Below, in pieces: positions 46,139 to 55,636 of a stretch of DNA of 64,000 nt. A model generated the notes under the pieces. The model was not told the origin of the DNA. It saw nothing but the letters and a program-made list of their open reading frames with translations, and made no database searches. Numbering within the stretch: the stretch's first letter is position 1; each line of letters starts with the position of its first letter. The stretch comes from Candidatus Saccharicenans sp. Lineage in GTDB: Bacteria > Acidobacteriota > Aminicenantia > Aminicenantales > Saccharicenantaceae. Where the stretch lies: NCBI GenBank assembly GCA_017992175.1, contig JAGOPD010000003.1, positions 7,811 through 71,810 on the forward strand, in the 5' to 3' direction. Position numbers and translations under genes: made by a program.

Positions 46139-48019
46139 CTATTGTAATAACTTGACTATAACCCAGACGATGGCGATTAAACCGCCGATGGTCCAGGCTA
46201 AGTAGTTGGCATACTGGCCATTATGGGCTTTCTGGAACAGGACCGTAAAAAAGCGCCCGATACTGACCACGACTTTTTCGTAAATAAAATCAATTGGCCG
46301 GTCAACAAACTTGAATAAAATCTTAGATAACCAGGCCAGAAATTTGACGCCCTGTTCATAGATATCAAAGAATCTGGCTTCAGACAGATCGTACAGCTGC
46401 TGCAGAACCGGCAGATGGTGAATTGGTTCAGAAGCTAAGTAAGCTTTTTTCCCGCCGCGGTTCCAGCCATAGAAATGAAGCCCGAGGGCAATGAGCAGGC
46501 AAAGCAGGGACACCCCGGCCACCGGGGTGAACAGATTCAAGGCGCCAGCCGTAAAATCAAGATGCTGTCCCGGCTCGGCCTGGCCGGCAACTACCGGTTG
46601 AATGAAATTCTCCAGAGGCAGCTTATTATAAACTCCAAAGGTAATGCACAAAACTGCCAGAATCAAAATAGGCAGGACAATAGGCCATTCACTGTCTTTA
46701 GTTTTCGAAACTTCAGTTGACCGGGCTCCGAAGAAAACAGAATGCCCGGCTTTAAGAAAGGAGGCGAAAGTAAAAATAGCCCCGACCCAGGCAGCAATGG
46801 CAAAAATCGGGTAGCCTGTTTCGAGTGCTCCGTGAAAGACCATTTCTTTTGAGACAAAGCCATTCAAAGGCCAGACCCCGGAGATGGCCAGGGCGCAAAC
46901 ACTGAAGCCAAGGGCCGTCCAGGGCATCTCCCTGGCCAGCCCGCCGAGTTTTTTGAGTTCGGTAGTGCCTGTCCGGTGTTCAACTGAGCCGGCACTCAGG
47001 AACAAGCCAGTTTTATACATGGCATGATTGATCATATGAAAGATGCCGCCAGCAATTCCGATCGGAATGGCCGTGCCAATACCAAGAATCATGTATCCGA
47101 CCTGGCTGATGGCGTGAAAAGACAATAGTTTTTTTAAGTCTTTTTGAATAAGAGCCATAAAAACAGCCAGAACAATGGTCGCGGCTCCAATTATAAGCAG
47201 AACCATCGCCATCGCACTGCCAACCTTGAGTTCAAAGAAATCCAGGCTGATTCTGGCCAGAAGATAGATCCCTAAGAGCTTTTCAAAAGAAGCCGGCATG
47301 AAAGCCATAAAAGTTACCGGGGCATCAAGGGCAGCATCAGGAATCCAGGTGTGAAAAGGCATAGCTCCGGCTTTACCAATGGCGCCAATCATCATCAGGA
47401 TAAAGGCAGCAGCCGTCAGCCCGTGCGGTTCTAAGTGAATCTCGTTCATAGTCAGGGTCCCGGTTGAAGCCCAGACCAGGCCGATACCCATAATCATGGA
47501 GAAATCGCACAGGCCGCCTATAATCAGGGATTTGACTGCTGTCCGGTGGGAGGTTGATTTCAGTCCTAAAGTAATCAAAGCATAAGTCGTGATTAATAGC
47601 GCTTCCCAGAAAAAGACGAGCAGAATAAAGTTATTGGCCAGCACCGCTCCGTTGGAAAAAGCTGTGGCCAGAAAAACATAGCCATAATATTCCCGGAGGC
47701 GCGGATGGTCCTTCATTTTTATGGCTGAATAGAGAGTGATCAAAAACAGGAAACCAGCTAAAGCCAGGAGAATAAAAGCTGAAAATTGATAAAGCCTGAG
47801 GTCAAAATTAATGCCCATCCCCAGCCAGTTAGTCTTTAGCGTCAGGTTTTTGATCGAGAACAAAGAGAATCCTGAGTAGAGAATAACCAGCGAGCTCAAG
47901 ACAGCCAGCCCTTCCCGGACTAATTTAATTTTGGCTGGAATGAGAAAAAGAACAATAGCCATAACCGCCGGAAAAATAATTGGCCACAGTAAGGTTGTTG
48001 CCATCATCTTAGCCACCAC
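46139..48019 (-). CDS. Antiporter-like subunit, long form (MrpA/NuoL-like)
   Basis: This 626-aa protein has ..GKAGAMPFHTWIPDAALDAPVTFMAFMPASFEKLLGIY.. and a C-terminal extension beyond the 14-TM core. Confidence 0.75.
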   Translation of the reverse strand: MVAKMMATTLLWPIIFPAVMAIVLFLIPAKIKLVREGLAVLSSLVILYSGFSLFSIKNLTLKTNWLGMGINFDLRLYQFSAFILLALAGFLFLITLYSAIKMKDHPRLREYYGYVFLATAFSNGAVLANNFILLVFFWEALLITTYALITLGLKSTSHRTAVKSLIIGGLCDFSMIMGIGLVWASTGTLTMNEIHLEPHGLTAAAFILMMIGAIGKAGAMPFHTWIPDAALDAPVTFMAFMPASFEKLLGIYLLARISLDFFELKVGSAMAMVLLIIGAATIVLAVFMALIQKDLKKLLSFHAISQVGYMILGIGTAIPIGIAGGIFHMINHAMYKTGLFLSAGSVEHRTGTTELKKLGGLAREMPWTALGFSVCALAISGVWPLNGFVSKEMVFHGALETGYPIFAIAAWVGAIFTFASFLKAGHSVFFGARSTEVSKTKDSEWPIVLPILILAVLCITFGVYNKLPLENFIQPVVAGQAEPGQHLDFTAGALNLFTPVAGVSLLCLLIALGLHFYGWNRGGKKAYLASEPIHHLPVLQQLYDLSEARFFDIYEQGVKFLAWLSKILFKFVDRPIDFIYEKVVVSIGRFFTVLFQKAHNGQYANYLAWTIGGLIAIVWVIVKLLQ

Positions 48020-49434
48020 GTAATGTGAGTTGTTGCCGTCTGGACCAGCTTCATCGGGTAGGAGATGAAAAAGCCAGCCAGAACTGAGAATAAGGCTAAT
48101 ACCGTTACCACTCCCACCATCGAGGGCGTCTTTTCCGGGGCAGCCACTTTGAGTTCACCCAGAAAAACCAGGGCAAAAACCCTCATTAAATAATACATAG
48201 TCAGAATGGCGGTAAAGAGGGCCAGAGCCGCAATCCAGATCTGGTCAGCTTGAATCGTGCCCATAATGACCAGCAGCTTGGAAAAGAAGCCACCGAGCGG
48301 CGGTAGCCCGATCACCGAAAAGGCGCAGATTAAGAAAGAAATGGCGGTAATCGGCATAGTCTTGATTAGCCCGCCCATTTCTCTGATATCTCTTTTATTG
48401 GTCGAGTGGATAACAATGCCAGCACAGAGGAAGAGCCCGGCTTTGCCCAGGCCGTGCATCAGGATATATAAGAGACCGCCAGAAACGGCTGTCGGATTAG
48501 CCACGCTTAGACCAAGAAAGATATAGCCAATCTGGCTGATGGTCGAATAGGCCAGAATTCTTTTAATATCATTTTCAACGGCCGCCCCACCCGCTGCAAT
48601 CAGACTGGAAACCACCGCCAGAATGATGACTGCCTGCTGCCAGCCTTCGGGAATCTTAAAAGTATATAAGAAAAGCCGGGCATAGGCATAGACGCCTATC
48701 TTGACCAGAACGGCTGCATGGAGTAAAGCGGTAACGGTGGTCGGAGCCACGCCGGCGTCGGGCAACCAGGTATGCAGGGGGACGGTGGCTGATTTTGAAA
48801 AAATACCGAACAAAATTAGCAAGACGGCTGAGCCGGGAATGGCCACCCCCCTCATGGCCGTCAGGTCGAAAGTCCCCGTCTGAGTGTAAATAAGGATGAA
48901 GCCAAGCAGCATGACCACGGCCCCGCCGAAAGTCATCAAGAAAGCCTTATCAGCTTTGAGCACATAATCTTTCTGCCGGTAGAAGCCGATCAATCGCCAG
49001 CAGGCGATGGCAATTATCTCCCAGAAGAGGTAAATAAAAACCAGGCTGCCGGAAAATACCAGCCCCATCATCGCCCCGATAAACATGACGACCATCAGGT
49101 AGTATTCATTCTGATGATCTTCGTGATGCATGTAACCGAGCGAATAGATGATGATCAGGAAGCCGATAAAGGAGGAGACAATTGACATGAAGATCGACAG
49201 GGGATCAATAATTAAAACGAAGTCCAGTCCCAGGGCCAGTTTCTGGCTCCAGAGGATCTCGCCACCTTTGAGGGCCTGGGTAATCAGGGTCAGCGGGAGA
49301 AAGGCAGTAATCCCGCCGATCAGGACTGACCAGCAAGATCTCAACTTGGGAGAGATCGCTCCAGCCAACGGAACCAGCAAGGAACCTAAAAGAGGGATAA
49401 AAATGATTAGTTGGGTTATGGTCTCGACTTTCAT
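48004..49434 (-). CDS. Antiporter-like subunit (MrpD/NuoM family)
   Basis: ..KSATVPLHTWLPDAGVAPTTVTALLHAAVLVKIGVYA.. It is the first gene of the operon. Confidence 0.8.
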   Translation of the reverse strand: MKVETITQLIIFIPLLGSLLVPLAGAISPKLRSCWSVLIGGITAFLPLTLITQALKGGEILWSQKLALGLDFVLIIDPLSIFMSIVSSFIGFLIIIYSLGYMHHEDHQNEYYLMVVMFIGAMMGLVFSGSLVFIYLFWEIIAIACWRLIGFYRQKDYVLKADKAFLMTFGGAVVMLLGFILIYTQTGTFDLTAMRGVAIPGSAVLLILFGIFSKSATVPLHTWLPDAGVAPTTVTALLHAAVLVKIGVYAYARLFLYTFKIPEGWQQAVIILAVVSSLIAAGGAAVENDIKRILAYSTISQIGYIFLGLSVANPTAVSGGLLYILMHGLGKAGLFLCAGIVIHSTNKRDIREMGGLIKTMPITAISFLICAFSVIGLPPLGGFFSKLLVIMGTIQADQIWIAALALFTAILTMYYLMRVFALVFLGELKVAAPEKTPSMVGVVTVLALFSVLAGFFISYPMKLVQTATTHITWWLR

Positions 49435-49531
49435 GAGAGAGAGAGTATATTAGAACGGAAAAGGAATTGTCAAGAATTTGGCACAGAAAAATCACACTAA
49501 AGTCACAGGTTTTCAACAAAAAATTAAAAGG

Positions 49532-49560
49532 TTGGACTTCGAACAAAAAAACATTATAAT
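49532..49560 (+). promoter_or_regulatory. Sigma70 promoter TTGGAC-17-TATAAT for the divergent hypothetical gene
   Basis: The hexamers are at 49532-49537 and 49555-49560. On the opposite strand, TTGACA (reverse complement of 49469-49474) is a candidate promoter for the hydrogenase operon. Confidence 0.45.
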
Positions 49561-49614
49561 CTCCTGGATTTATGATAGAAAGATAAGCGAAAAACCTGGA
49601 AATTGAGGTACCCC

Positions 49615-50742
49615 ATGACCATTAATTTGAGGGAAATCAAGAGCAAAAAGGATCTCAAATCTTTTATTTACCTGCCCGAAAAGTTACATCAAAGCCAGGA
49701 AAACTGGGTGCATCCTTTATACCCTGATGAATGGACTTATTTTAATCCTGAAAAAAACAGAGCCTTTGGCTATTCTGACACCCTGATGCTTCTGGCCGAG
49801 AAAGACCGTCAACCGGTTGGGCGGGTGATGGGCATCATCAATCGCCGCTATAATGAGGTCCGGGGCGAAGCCACGGCCCGTTTCGGTTACCTGGAATCAA
49901 TTGAGGATCAGGAAGTTGTCCATGCCTTATTGTCCAGAGTGGAGCAATGGGCCAAAGAAAAAGGTATGAACAGGATCATTGGACCATATGGGTTCTCGGA
50001 CCAGGACCCTGAGGGTTTTTTGATTAAGGGCTTTGAATACCGGGCAACGATTGCTACCTATCATAACTTCCCCTGGCTCCCGGCAATGGTCGAAAAAGAA
50101 GGCTATGTTAAAGATCTGGATTACTTTGTTTATAAACTCCAGATACCTGAGGAAATTCCCGAAATTTACCGCCGGGTATCGGCACGGATCCTGAAAAAGG
50201 GCAACTTTGAGCTACTGGAGTTTAAAAATCGCCGGGAAATAAAGCCCTGGGTCAGGCCGATTTTATCGCTGATGAATGAAACTTATATTGAAAGCAATAT
50301 CTATGGCTATGCTCCCCTGGATGAAAATGAAATGGATGCTCTGGCCAAAAAATACCTGCCAGTTCTTGACCCGAAGCTGGTCAAGGCTGTTTTAAAAGAT
50401 GGACAACCGGTCGCGTTTATCATTGGCATACCGGACATGACAGCCGGTATCAAAAAGGCCCGGGGCCGGCTTTTCCCGTTTGGTTTTATCCATATCTTAA
50501 GAGCCCAGAAAAAGACCAAGCAGCTGGACTTGTTGCTCGGCGCCATCAAAAAAGAATACAGGGGGGTAGGGCTTGATGCCCTGATGGGCATGGCCATGAT
50601 CGCCTCTGCTCAGAAAGCCGGTTTTGAAATTATTGATACCCATCATGAAATGGAGGCTAACGTCAAAGTGCGGGCAGAGATGGAAAGAATGGGAGGGGTC
50701 GTTTACAAAATTTTCCGGGTTTATCAGAAATCACTGGTCTAA
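49615..50742 (+). CDS. Hypothetical protein, about 376 aa, possible tandem acyl-CoA N-acyltransferase (GNAT-like) fold
   Basis: No strong motif was recognised. Two similar halves each have an ..IIG.. / ..G.GL.. pattern reminiscent of a GNAT acyl-CoA pocket. The start was chosen at ATG 49615 (RBS GAGG) rather than the TTG at 49603. Confidence 0.35.
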   Translation: MTINLREIKSKKDLKSFIYLPEKLHQSQENWVHPLYPDEWTYFNPEKNRAFGYSDTLMLLAEKDRQPVGRVMGIINRRYNEVRGEATARFGYLESIEDQEVVHALLSRVEQWAKEKGMNRIIGPYGFSDQDPEGFLIKGFEYRATIATYHNFPWLPAMVEKEGYVKDLDYFVYKLQIPEEIPEIYRRVSARILKKGNFELLEFKNRREIKPWVRPILSLMNETYIESNIYGYAPLDENEMDALAKKYLPVLDPKLVKAVLKDGQPVAFIIGIPDMTAGIKKARGRLFPFGFIHILRAQKKTKQLDLLLGAIKKEYRGVGLDALMGMAMIASAQKAGFEIIDTHHEMEANVKVRAEMERMGGVVYKIFRVYQKSLV

Positions 50743-50751
50743 AATTATTTT

Positions 50752-53475
50752 TTATTTGGCTTCAGCCCAGTTCTGACCCCAGGCTAAATGAACTTCCAGC
50801 GGCACGCTCAGGGGATAAACCTTTTCCATTTTATCTTTAGCCAGTTTGGCTATGATTTCTTTTTCTTCGGGGGGAACTTCAAAAACCAGCTCGTCGTGTA
50901 CCTGCAGGATCATTTTGGTTTTGAGTCCGGAGGCTTCCATCTCCCGGTAAATATTAACCATGGCCAGTTTAATAAGATCGGCGGCTGAACCCTGGATGGG
51001 GGTATTAAGGGCCATTCGCCGCCCGGCCTGATAAGTATTGTTGTCTTTGCTTTTTAATTCAGGGATCTGCCTGATCCGTCCAAATATCGTTTCAGCGTAA
51101 CCTCTGTCTTTAGCCAGCTCGACTGCCCGGTCAAGATAGTCTTTAACCTGTTGATGCTGTTCAAAATAGCGGTCTATAAAGTTCTGAGCTTCCCCGGTCG
51201 AGGTTTGGAGCTCTTTAGCCAGGGAAAAAGCTGAAGTGCCGTAGATGATACTGAAATTAATGATTTTAGCCCGCCTTCTCATTTCTTCGGGGAAAAGCCC
51301 GGCGGCTGGCCCGAAAACCCGGCGGGCTGTCTCGGTGTGGATATCCCGTCCTTCAAAAAATATTTGCTTTAAAACCGGGTCCCCGGACAGATGCGCCAGC
51401 AGCCGCAATTCTATTTGAGAATAATCGGCTGACAGGAGTTCCTGACCTTTTTCCGGGATAAAGGCCTGGCGCACTTTTTTGCCCGTTTCACTGCGGGCAG
51501 GGATATTCTGAAGATTGGGATCCGAAGAAGACAACCGGCCGGTGGCGGTTATCGTCTGGTTGTAAGAAGTGTGCACCCGGCCTGTTTCTGGGTTGACCAG
51601 CTTGATTAGAGAATCGGTATAGGTTGATTTGAGCTTGGCTAACTGGCGGTATTCAAGGATTGCCCCGGCTAAAGGGTTTAGGGGCGCCAGCTCCTCCAGA
51701 ATATCCGTAGCTGTGGACAGGCCCTTATTAATTCTGGTTTTTTTGGTAGCTGGCAGGTTTAGCTTATAAAAAAGTATCTGGCTCAACTGACCTGGCGAGT
51801 TAATATTAAATTCCTGGCCAGCCATCTCATAAATCTGTTTTTCCAGCTTTTGAAGGCGATGTTCCAGTTCAACCGATAAAGAGGTCAATAAATCGAGGTC
51901 AAGTTTGACGCCCCAGAGCTCCATGGCTGCCAAAACTTCTATTAACGGCCTTTCGATTTCTTCATAAAGGCGATCCAGGTGACGGGCCTTAACCTCTGGC
52001 CATAAAACCTGGCTAAGCCGCCGGGCCAGATGAGCATCCTGACCGGCATATTCAGTCACCTGTTCAACCGGAACCCTGTCTATGGTTAATTGTTTTTTGC
52101 CTTTACCGACCAGGCTGTCAAATGGTATTTTGGATTCTTGCAGATAATGGACGGCCAGCCGGTCGAGGCTGTGCTTGCCCCAGTTTGGCTCCAGCAAATA
52201 GGACAGAATCATGGTGTCGAACTGAATGCCTCTGAGCTCAATCCCTTCTCTTTTCAGGATGATATAGTCATATTTAATATTCTGTCCGGCTTTTTTGATG
52301 TTTTCATCCTCGAGCCTTGGTTTTAAACGTGACAGGACATAGTCAATCTTCAGCTGACGGGGCGCACCCGGATAATTATGTCTTAAAGGAAGATAAAAGG
52401 CTTCCCCTGGCCTGGCAGAAAAAGACAGCCCGACCAGCCTGGCTCTGGTTGGATAAAGGCTGGTAGTTTCTGTGTCCAGAGCTACAGTTTCTGCCGTCTC
52501 CAGAGCAACGATCAAATTCTCGAGCTGTTCTTCGTTGAGGACAGTTATAAACTTCTTCTCACCAGGATTGGCCTTTTTAAGATAACGTGGGATTAGCGTC
52601 GTAAAATCAAGTTGCTGATAAAGCTTGAGCAGAGAGTCGTAGTCAGGCTCTGACAGCTGGAGCCGGTCAAAATCGAGTTCGAGCGGCAGCCGGTTTTCGA
52701 CCTTCACCAGCTCCCGGCTGAGCTGCAGGGTTTCCAGGTTATTTTTGAGATTATCTTTTAAACGAGGATTTTTTATTTCATCTAAGTGTTCCAGCAAATT
52801 GTCCAGGCGGCCAAATTGACGAATGAGCATTCTGGCCGTCTTCTCTCCAACCCCGGGTACCCCGGGAATTCCGTCCGAGGCATCTCCCCAGAGAGCCAGT
52901 AGCTCAGCTACTTCCTCAGCTTTAACTCCAAAATATTCTTCCACTGTAGTTAGCTTTTTATCTTTTAGCCAGTCGCGGAATTCAGGCTCAATCTGCTCAT
53001 TAATGATATATATTTCCTTGGCGGGATTAAAAATGGCTACCCGGGGGTTGATGATTTGCAGCAGGTCTTTATCAGAAGTGACAATCACTGCGGGCTGCTC
53101 TTTTTGGGCCGCCTGGCTGGCTAAGGTGGCCAGGACATCATCCGCTTCGTAGTTTTCATATTCAAAAACGGGAATCTTGAGAGCCTCAAGCACCTGTTTC
53201 AGGACTGGCACCTGGACAATTAAATCCTCGGGCATCGGTTTCCGCTGAGTTTTGTACTCTTTATAAGCTTGATGCCTGAAAGTGGGCCGGCCGGTATCAA
53301 AGACTACGCCGAGATATTGAGGCTTTTCTTCTTCAATAATCTTGTTCAGGGTATTGATAAAACCATAAATAGCATTGGTGGGGAAGCCTGCCGAATTAGA
53401 CAACCTCCGGATTGCATAGTAAGAACGATAGAGAACTGAATTGCCATCAATCAGAAAGAGCAGGCTGGCAGTCAT
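50752..53475 (-). CDS. polA: DNA polymerase I
   Basis: The 5'-3' exonuclease N-terminus is LLFLIDGNSVLYRSYYA. The 3'-5' exonuclease domain is present. The polymerase motifs are A (..LLSADYSQIELRLLAHLS), B (..RRRAKIINFSIIYG) and C (..VHDELVFE). Confidence 0.9.
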   Translation of the reverse strand: MTASLLFLIDGNSVLYRSYYAIRRLSNSAGFPTNAIYGFINTLNKIIEEEKPQYLGVVFDTGRPTFRHQAYKEYKTQRKPMPEDLIVQVPVLKQVLEALKIPVFEYENYEADDVLATLASQAAQKEQPAVIVTSDKDLLQIINPRVAIFNPAKEIYIINEQIEPEFRDWLKDKKLTTVEEYFGVKAEEVAELLALWGDASDGIPGVPGVGEKTARMLIRQFGRLDNLLEHLDEIKNPRLKDNLKNNLETLQLSRELVKVENRLPLELDFDRLQLSEPDYDSLLKLYQQLDFTTLIPRYLKKANPGEKKFITVLNEEQLENLIVALETAETVALDTETTSLYPTRARLVGLSFSARPGEAFYLPLRHNYPGAPRQLKIDYVLSRLKPRLEDENIKKAGQNIKYDYIILKREGIELRGIQFDTMILSYLLEPNWGKHSLDRLAVHYLQESKIPFDSLVGKGKKQLTIDRVPVEQVTEYAGQDAHLARRLSQVLWPEVKARHLDRLYEEIERPLIEVLAAMELWGVKLDLDLLTSLSVELEHRLQKLEKQIYEMAGQEFNINSPGQLSQILFYKLNLPATKKTRINKGLSTATDILEELAPLNPLAGAILEYRQLAKLKSTYTDSLIKLVNPETGRVHTSYNQTITATGRLSSSDPNLQNIPARSETGKKVRQAFIPEKGQELLSADYSQIELRLLAHLSGDPVLKQIFFEGRDIHTETARRVFGPAAGLFPEEMRRRAKIINFSIIYGTSAFSLAKELQTSTGEAQNFIDRYFEQHQQVKDYLDRAVELAKDRGYAETIFGRIRQIPELKSKDNNTYQAGRRMALNTPIQGSAADLIKLAMVNIYREMEASGLKTKMILQVHDELVFEVPPEEKEIIAKLAKDKMEKVYPLSVPLEVHLAWGQNWAEAK

Positions 53476-53846
53476 GTGATCAGGTTATCGTATTTCCCTT
53501 CCACAATCTCATCAATAACTTCAGTGTGAAGGTCCTCCAGGCTTTGTTTGATTAAAACCGGCAGGTCAGGCTGGTTCAGGTGCTGCGTATAAGATCTTCT
53601 CTTATTGGCGATGACCCGGCCAGCTAAATAAATTAAAGATTCAACATAATTAAAGTCGGGACCTTTGTCCTGGGTCTGAACCATCAGTTTTACCCCTTTA
53701 TACTCAATTGAGGTATTATAGCCTTCCATGAGGAGCTTCCTTAGCACCATTATGATTATACTCAATCCAGCCTGGGCTGCAAGCCGGTTTTTGAACCGCC
53801 GGTTTGAATTGACAACCAGGTTCAAGCTGGTATAATAAGTTGACAT
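53472..53846 (-). CDS. Hypothetical small protein translationally coupled to polA
   Basis: Its stop overlaps the polA start (ATGA). No motif was recognised. The true start may be the internal Met (MVLRKLL..). Confidence 0.3.
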   Translation of the reverse strand: MSTYYTSLNLVVNSNRRFKNRLAAQAGLSIIIMVLRKLLMEGYNTSIEYKGVKLMVQTQDKGPDFNYVESLIYLAGRVIANKRRSYTQHLNQPDLPVLIKQSLEDLHTEVIDEIVEGKYDNLIT

Positions 53847-53907
53847 AAAAGAGGTTTAGAGCCTTTACTGGCTGATAAATAACAGGTTAAAAGCTGGCGA
53901 GGAACTT

Positions 53908-54429
53908 TTGATGCTTATTGATGTGAATGACATCCCGCGGGAGGGATTGGATTTTGATCAGGACTTCGATTTTGGGAGTTTTGACCTGGTAGAAGAAGAA
54001 GCTGCCTTTCTGGAGCCAGTTCACTCTCTGGTTTCAGTCAAAAAGGTTGGCGAGGAAGTGCTGGTCAAAGGAAAGTTAACTACCAGGTTGAGTTTCATCT
54101 GCAGCCGCTGCCTGCGCCCTTTTGAATATGGAGTGGAGGCTACTTTTGACCTGGCTTATTTGCCGGAAGAGCTGGATGAGGAGAAAGAAGAGCTGGCTGA
54201 AGAAGATTTAGGGAAGTTCTTTTATTATCATCAGCAGCTGGACCTGCGCGAAGTCATTCTCGAGCAACTGAATCTGAGCCTGCCTCTTCGGCCTCTTTGT
54301 TCGGAGGACTGTGAAGGCCTTTGCCCGGTTTGCGGGCAGCTGGTTCAGAACGGGCAGTGCGGCTGCCAGGTTAATTTATCAGATCCCAGGCTGGAAAAAT
54401 TAAAATCTTTTTTAAGAGATAAGAGATAA
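53908..54429 (+). CDS. yceD: YceD/DUF177-family protein (23S rRNA accumulation protein)
   Basis: The cysteine pairs CSRCLRPF and CEGLCPVCGQ...GQCGCQ are present. It lies immediately upstream of rpmF, as in most bacteria. Confidence 0.8.
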   Translation: MMLIDVNDIPREGLDFDQDFDFGSFDLVEEEAAFLEPVHSLVSVKKVGEEVLVKGKLTTRLSFICSRCLRPFEYGVEATFDLAYLPEELDEEKEELAEEDLGKFFYYHQQLDLREVILEQLNLSLPLRPLCSEDCEGLCPVCGQLVQNGQCGCQVNLSDPRLEKLKSFLRDKR

Positions 54430-54612
54430 ATGCCAAACCCAAAACGCAGACATTCAGTCACCAGAAAAGCGAAAAGAAGGTCGCAGGATCACCTGACTCT
54501 GCCTTCTTTTTCTCTCTGCCCTAATTGCGGCAGCCCGAAACTACCTCACCGCGCCTGTCCTGAATGCGGCTACTATAAAGGACGCCAGGTAATCGAAGGA
54601 ACCGAAAAGTAG
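54430..54612 (+). CDS. rpmF: 50S ribosomal protein L32
   Basis: MPNPKRRHSVTRKAKRRSQDHL...CPNCGSPKLPHRACPECGYYKGRQV. Confidence 0.9.
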   Translation: MPNPKRRHSVTRKAKRRSQDHLTLPSFSLCPNCGSPKLPHRACPECGYYKGRQVIEGTEK

Positions 54613-54625
54613 GCGGGCACCCACT

Positions 54626-55636
54626 ATGAAAATCGCAGTTGATGCGATGGGCGGCGATTTTGCCCCCCGGGAGGTAGTAGCCGGCGCAGTGGCTGCAGCC
54701 GAAGAATTCGGCTTGCAAGTTGTTCTGGTTGGGGTAGAAAAAGCGGTCAGGAAAGAACTAAGCCGTTTAAACTACCAGGGGGACAAGGTCACTTTGATCG
54801 ATGCCCCGGAGACTGTCAATATGGGTGACGGGGTAATGTCACTCCGGCGAAAAAACAAATCCTCGATTTTCCTGGGAGCGGAACTGGTCAAAAAGGGCGA
54901 AGCTCAAGCCTTTGTTTCCATGGGTAATACGGCGGCTGTGACCTATATTTCAAAAAAGGTTCTGGGCAGTCTGGAGGGGATAGAAAAACCTGGCCTGGCC
55001 CTCTTGATCCCGACTTTAAAAGGTGTTTCTCTTTTGATTGATGTCGGAGCCAGTGCCAATTGCCAGCCTCAGCATCTCCTGCAGTTTGCCATCATGGGAA
55101 AAGTCTTTCTGGAAACCGCTCTCAACCGGAAAAATCCCACTATAGCTTTAATGAGTATTGGCGAAGAAAAAACCAAAGGCAATGAACTGACTCTTAAAAC
55201 CTATGAACGGCTGCAAGCTTCAGGTCTTAATTTTATCGGCAATGTGGAGGGCAAGGATATTTATTCAGGCTTAGCTGATATCATCGTCAGCGATGGTTTT
55301 ACCGGCAATATTGCTTTAAAAGTCTCGGAAGGAGTGGTGGAAACCATGCTAACTCTGGCCCGCCACGAAGTGACTAAAGACGTCTGGGCCAAGATTGGTT
55401 TTCTGCTTCTTAAACATCATTTGAAAAAAATTTATAAAAAGATAGACTATTCAGAGTACGGCGGTGCCCATTTATTAGGTGTTAATGGCATCTGTATTAT
55501 CGGGCACGGAAGGTCGAATCAAAAAGCGGTAAAAAATGCCATTAGAGTCGGACAAGAAGTAGTGCTAGAAAAACTGCAGGAAAAAATCGGAAACGAAATG
55601 GCTCGCTATGCCCGGGCAGAGGGAGAAGTCGGCTAA
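54626..55636 (+). CDS. plsX: Phosphate acyltransferase
   Basis: MKIAVDAMGGDFAPREVVAGA... and ..VSMGNTAA.. are the PlsX signatures. Confidence 0.9.
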   Translation: MKIAVDAMGGDFAPREVVAGAVAAAEEFGLQVVLVGVEKAVRKELSRLNYQGDKVTLIDAPETVNMGDGVMSLRRKNKSSIFLGAELVKKGEAQAFVSMGNTAAVTYISKKVLGSLEGIEKPGLALLIPTLKGVSLLIDVGASANCQPQHLLQFAIMGKVFLETALNRKNPTIALMSIGEEKTKGNELTLKTYERLQASGLNFIGNVEGKDIYSGLADIIVSDGFTGNIALKVSEGVVETMLTLARHEVTKDVWAKIGFLLLKHHLKKIYKKIDYSEYGGAHLLGVNGICIIGHGRSNQKAVKNAIRVGQEVVLEKLQEKIGNEMARYARAEGEVG

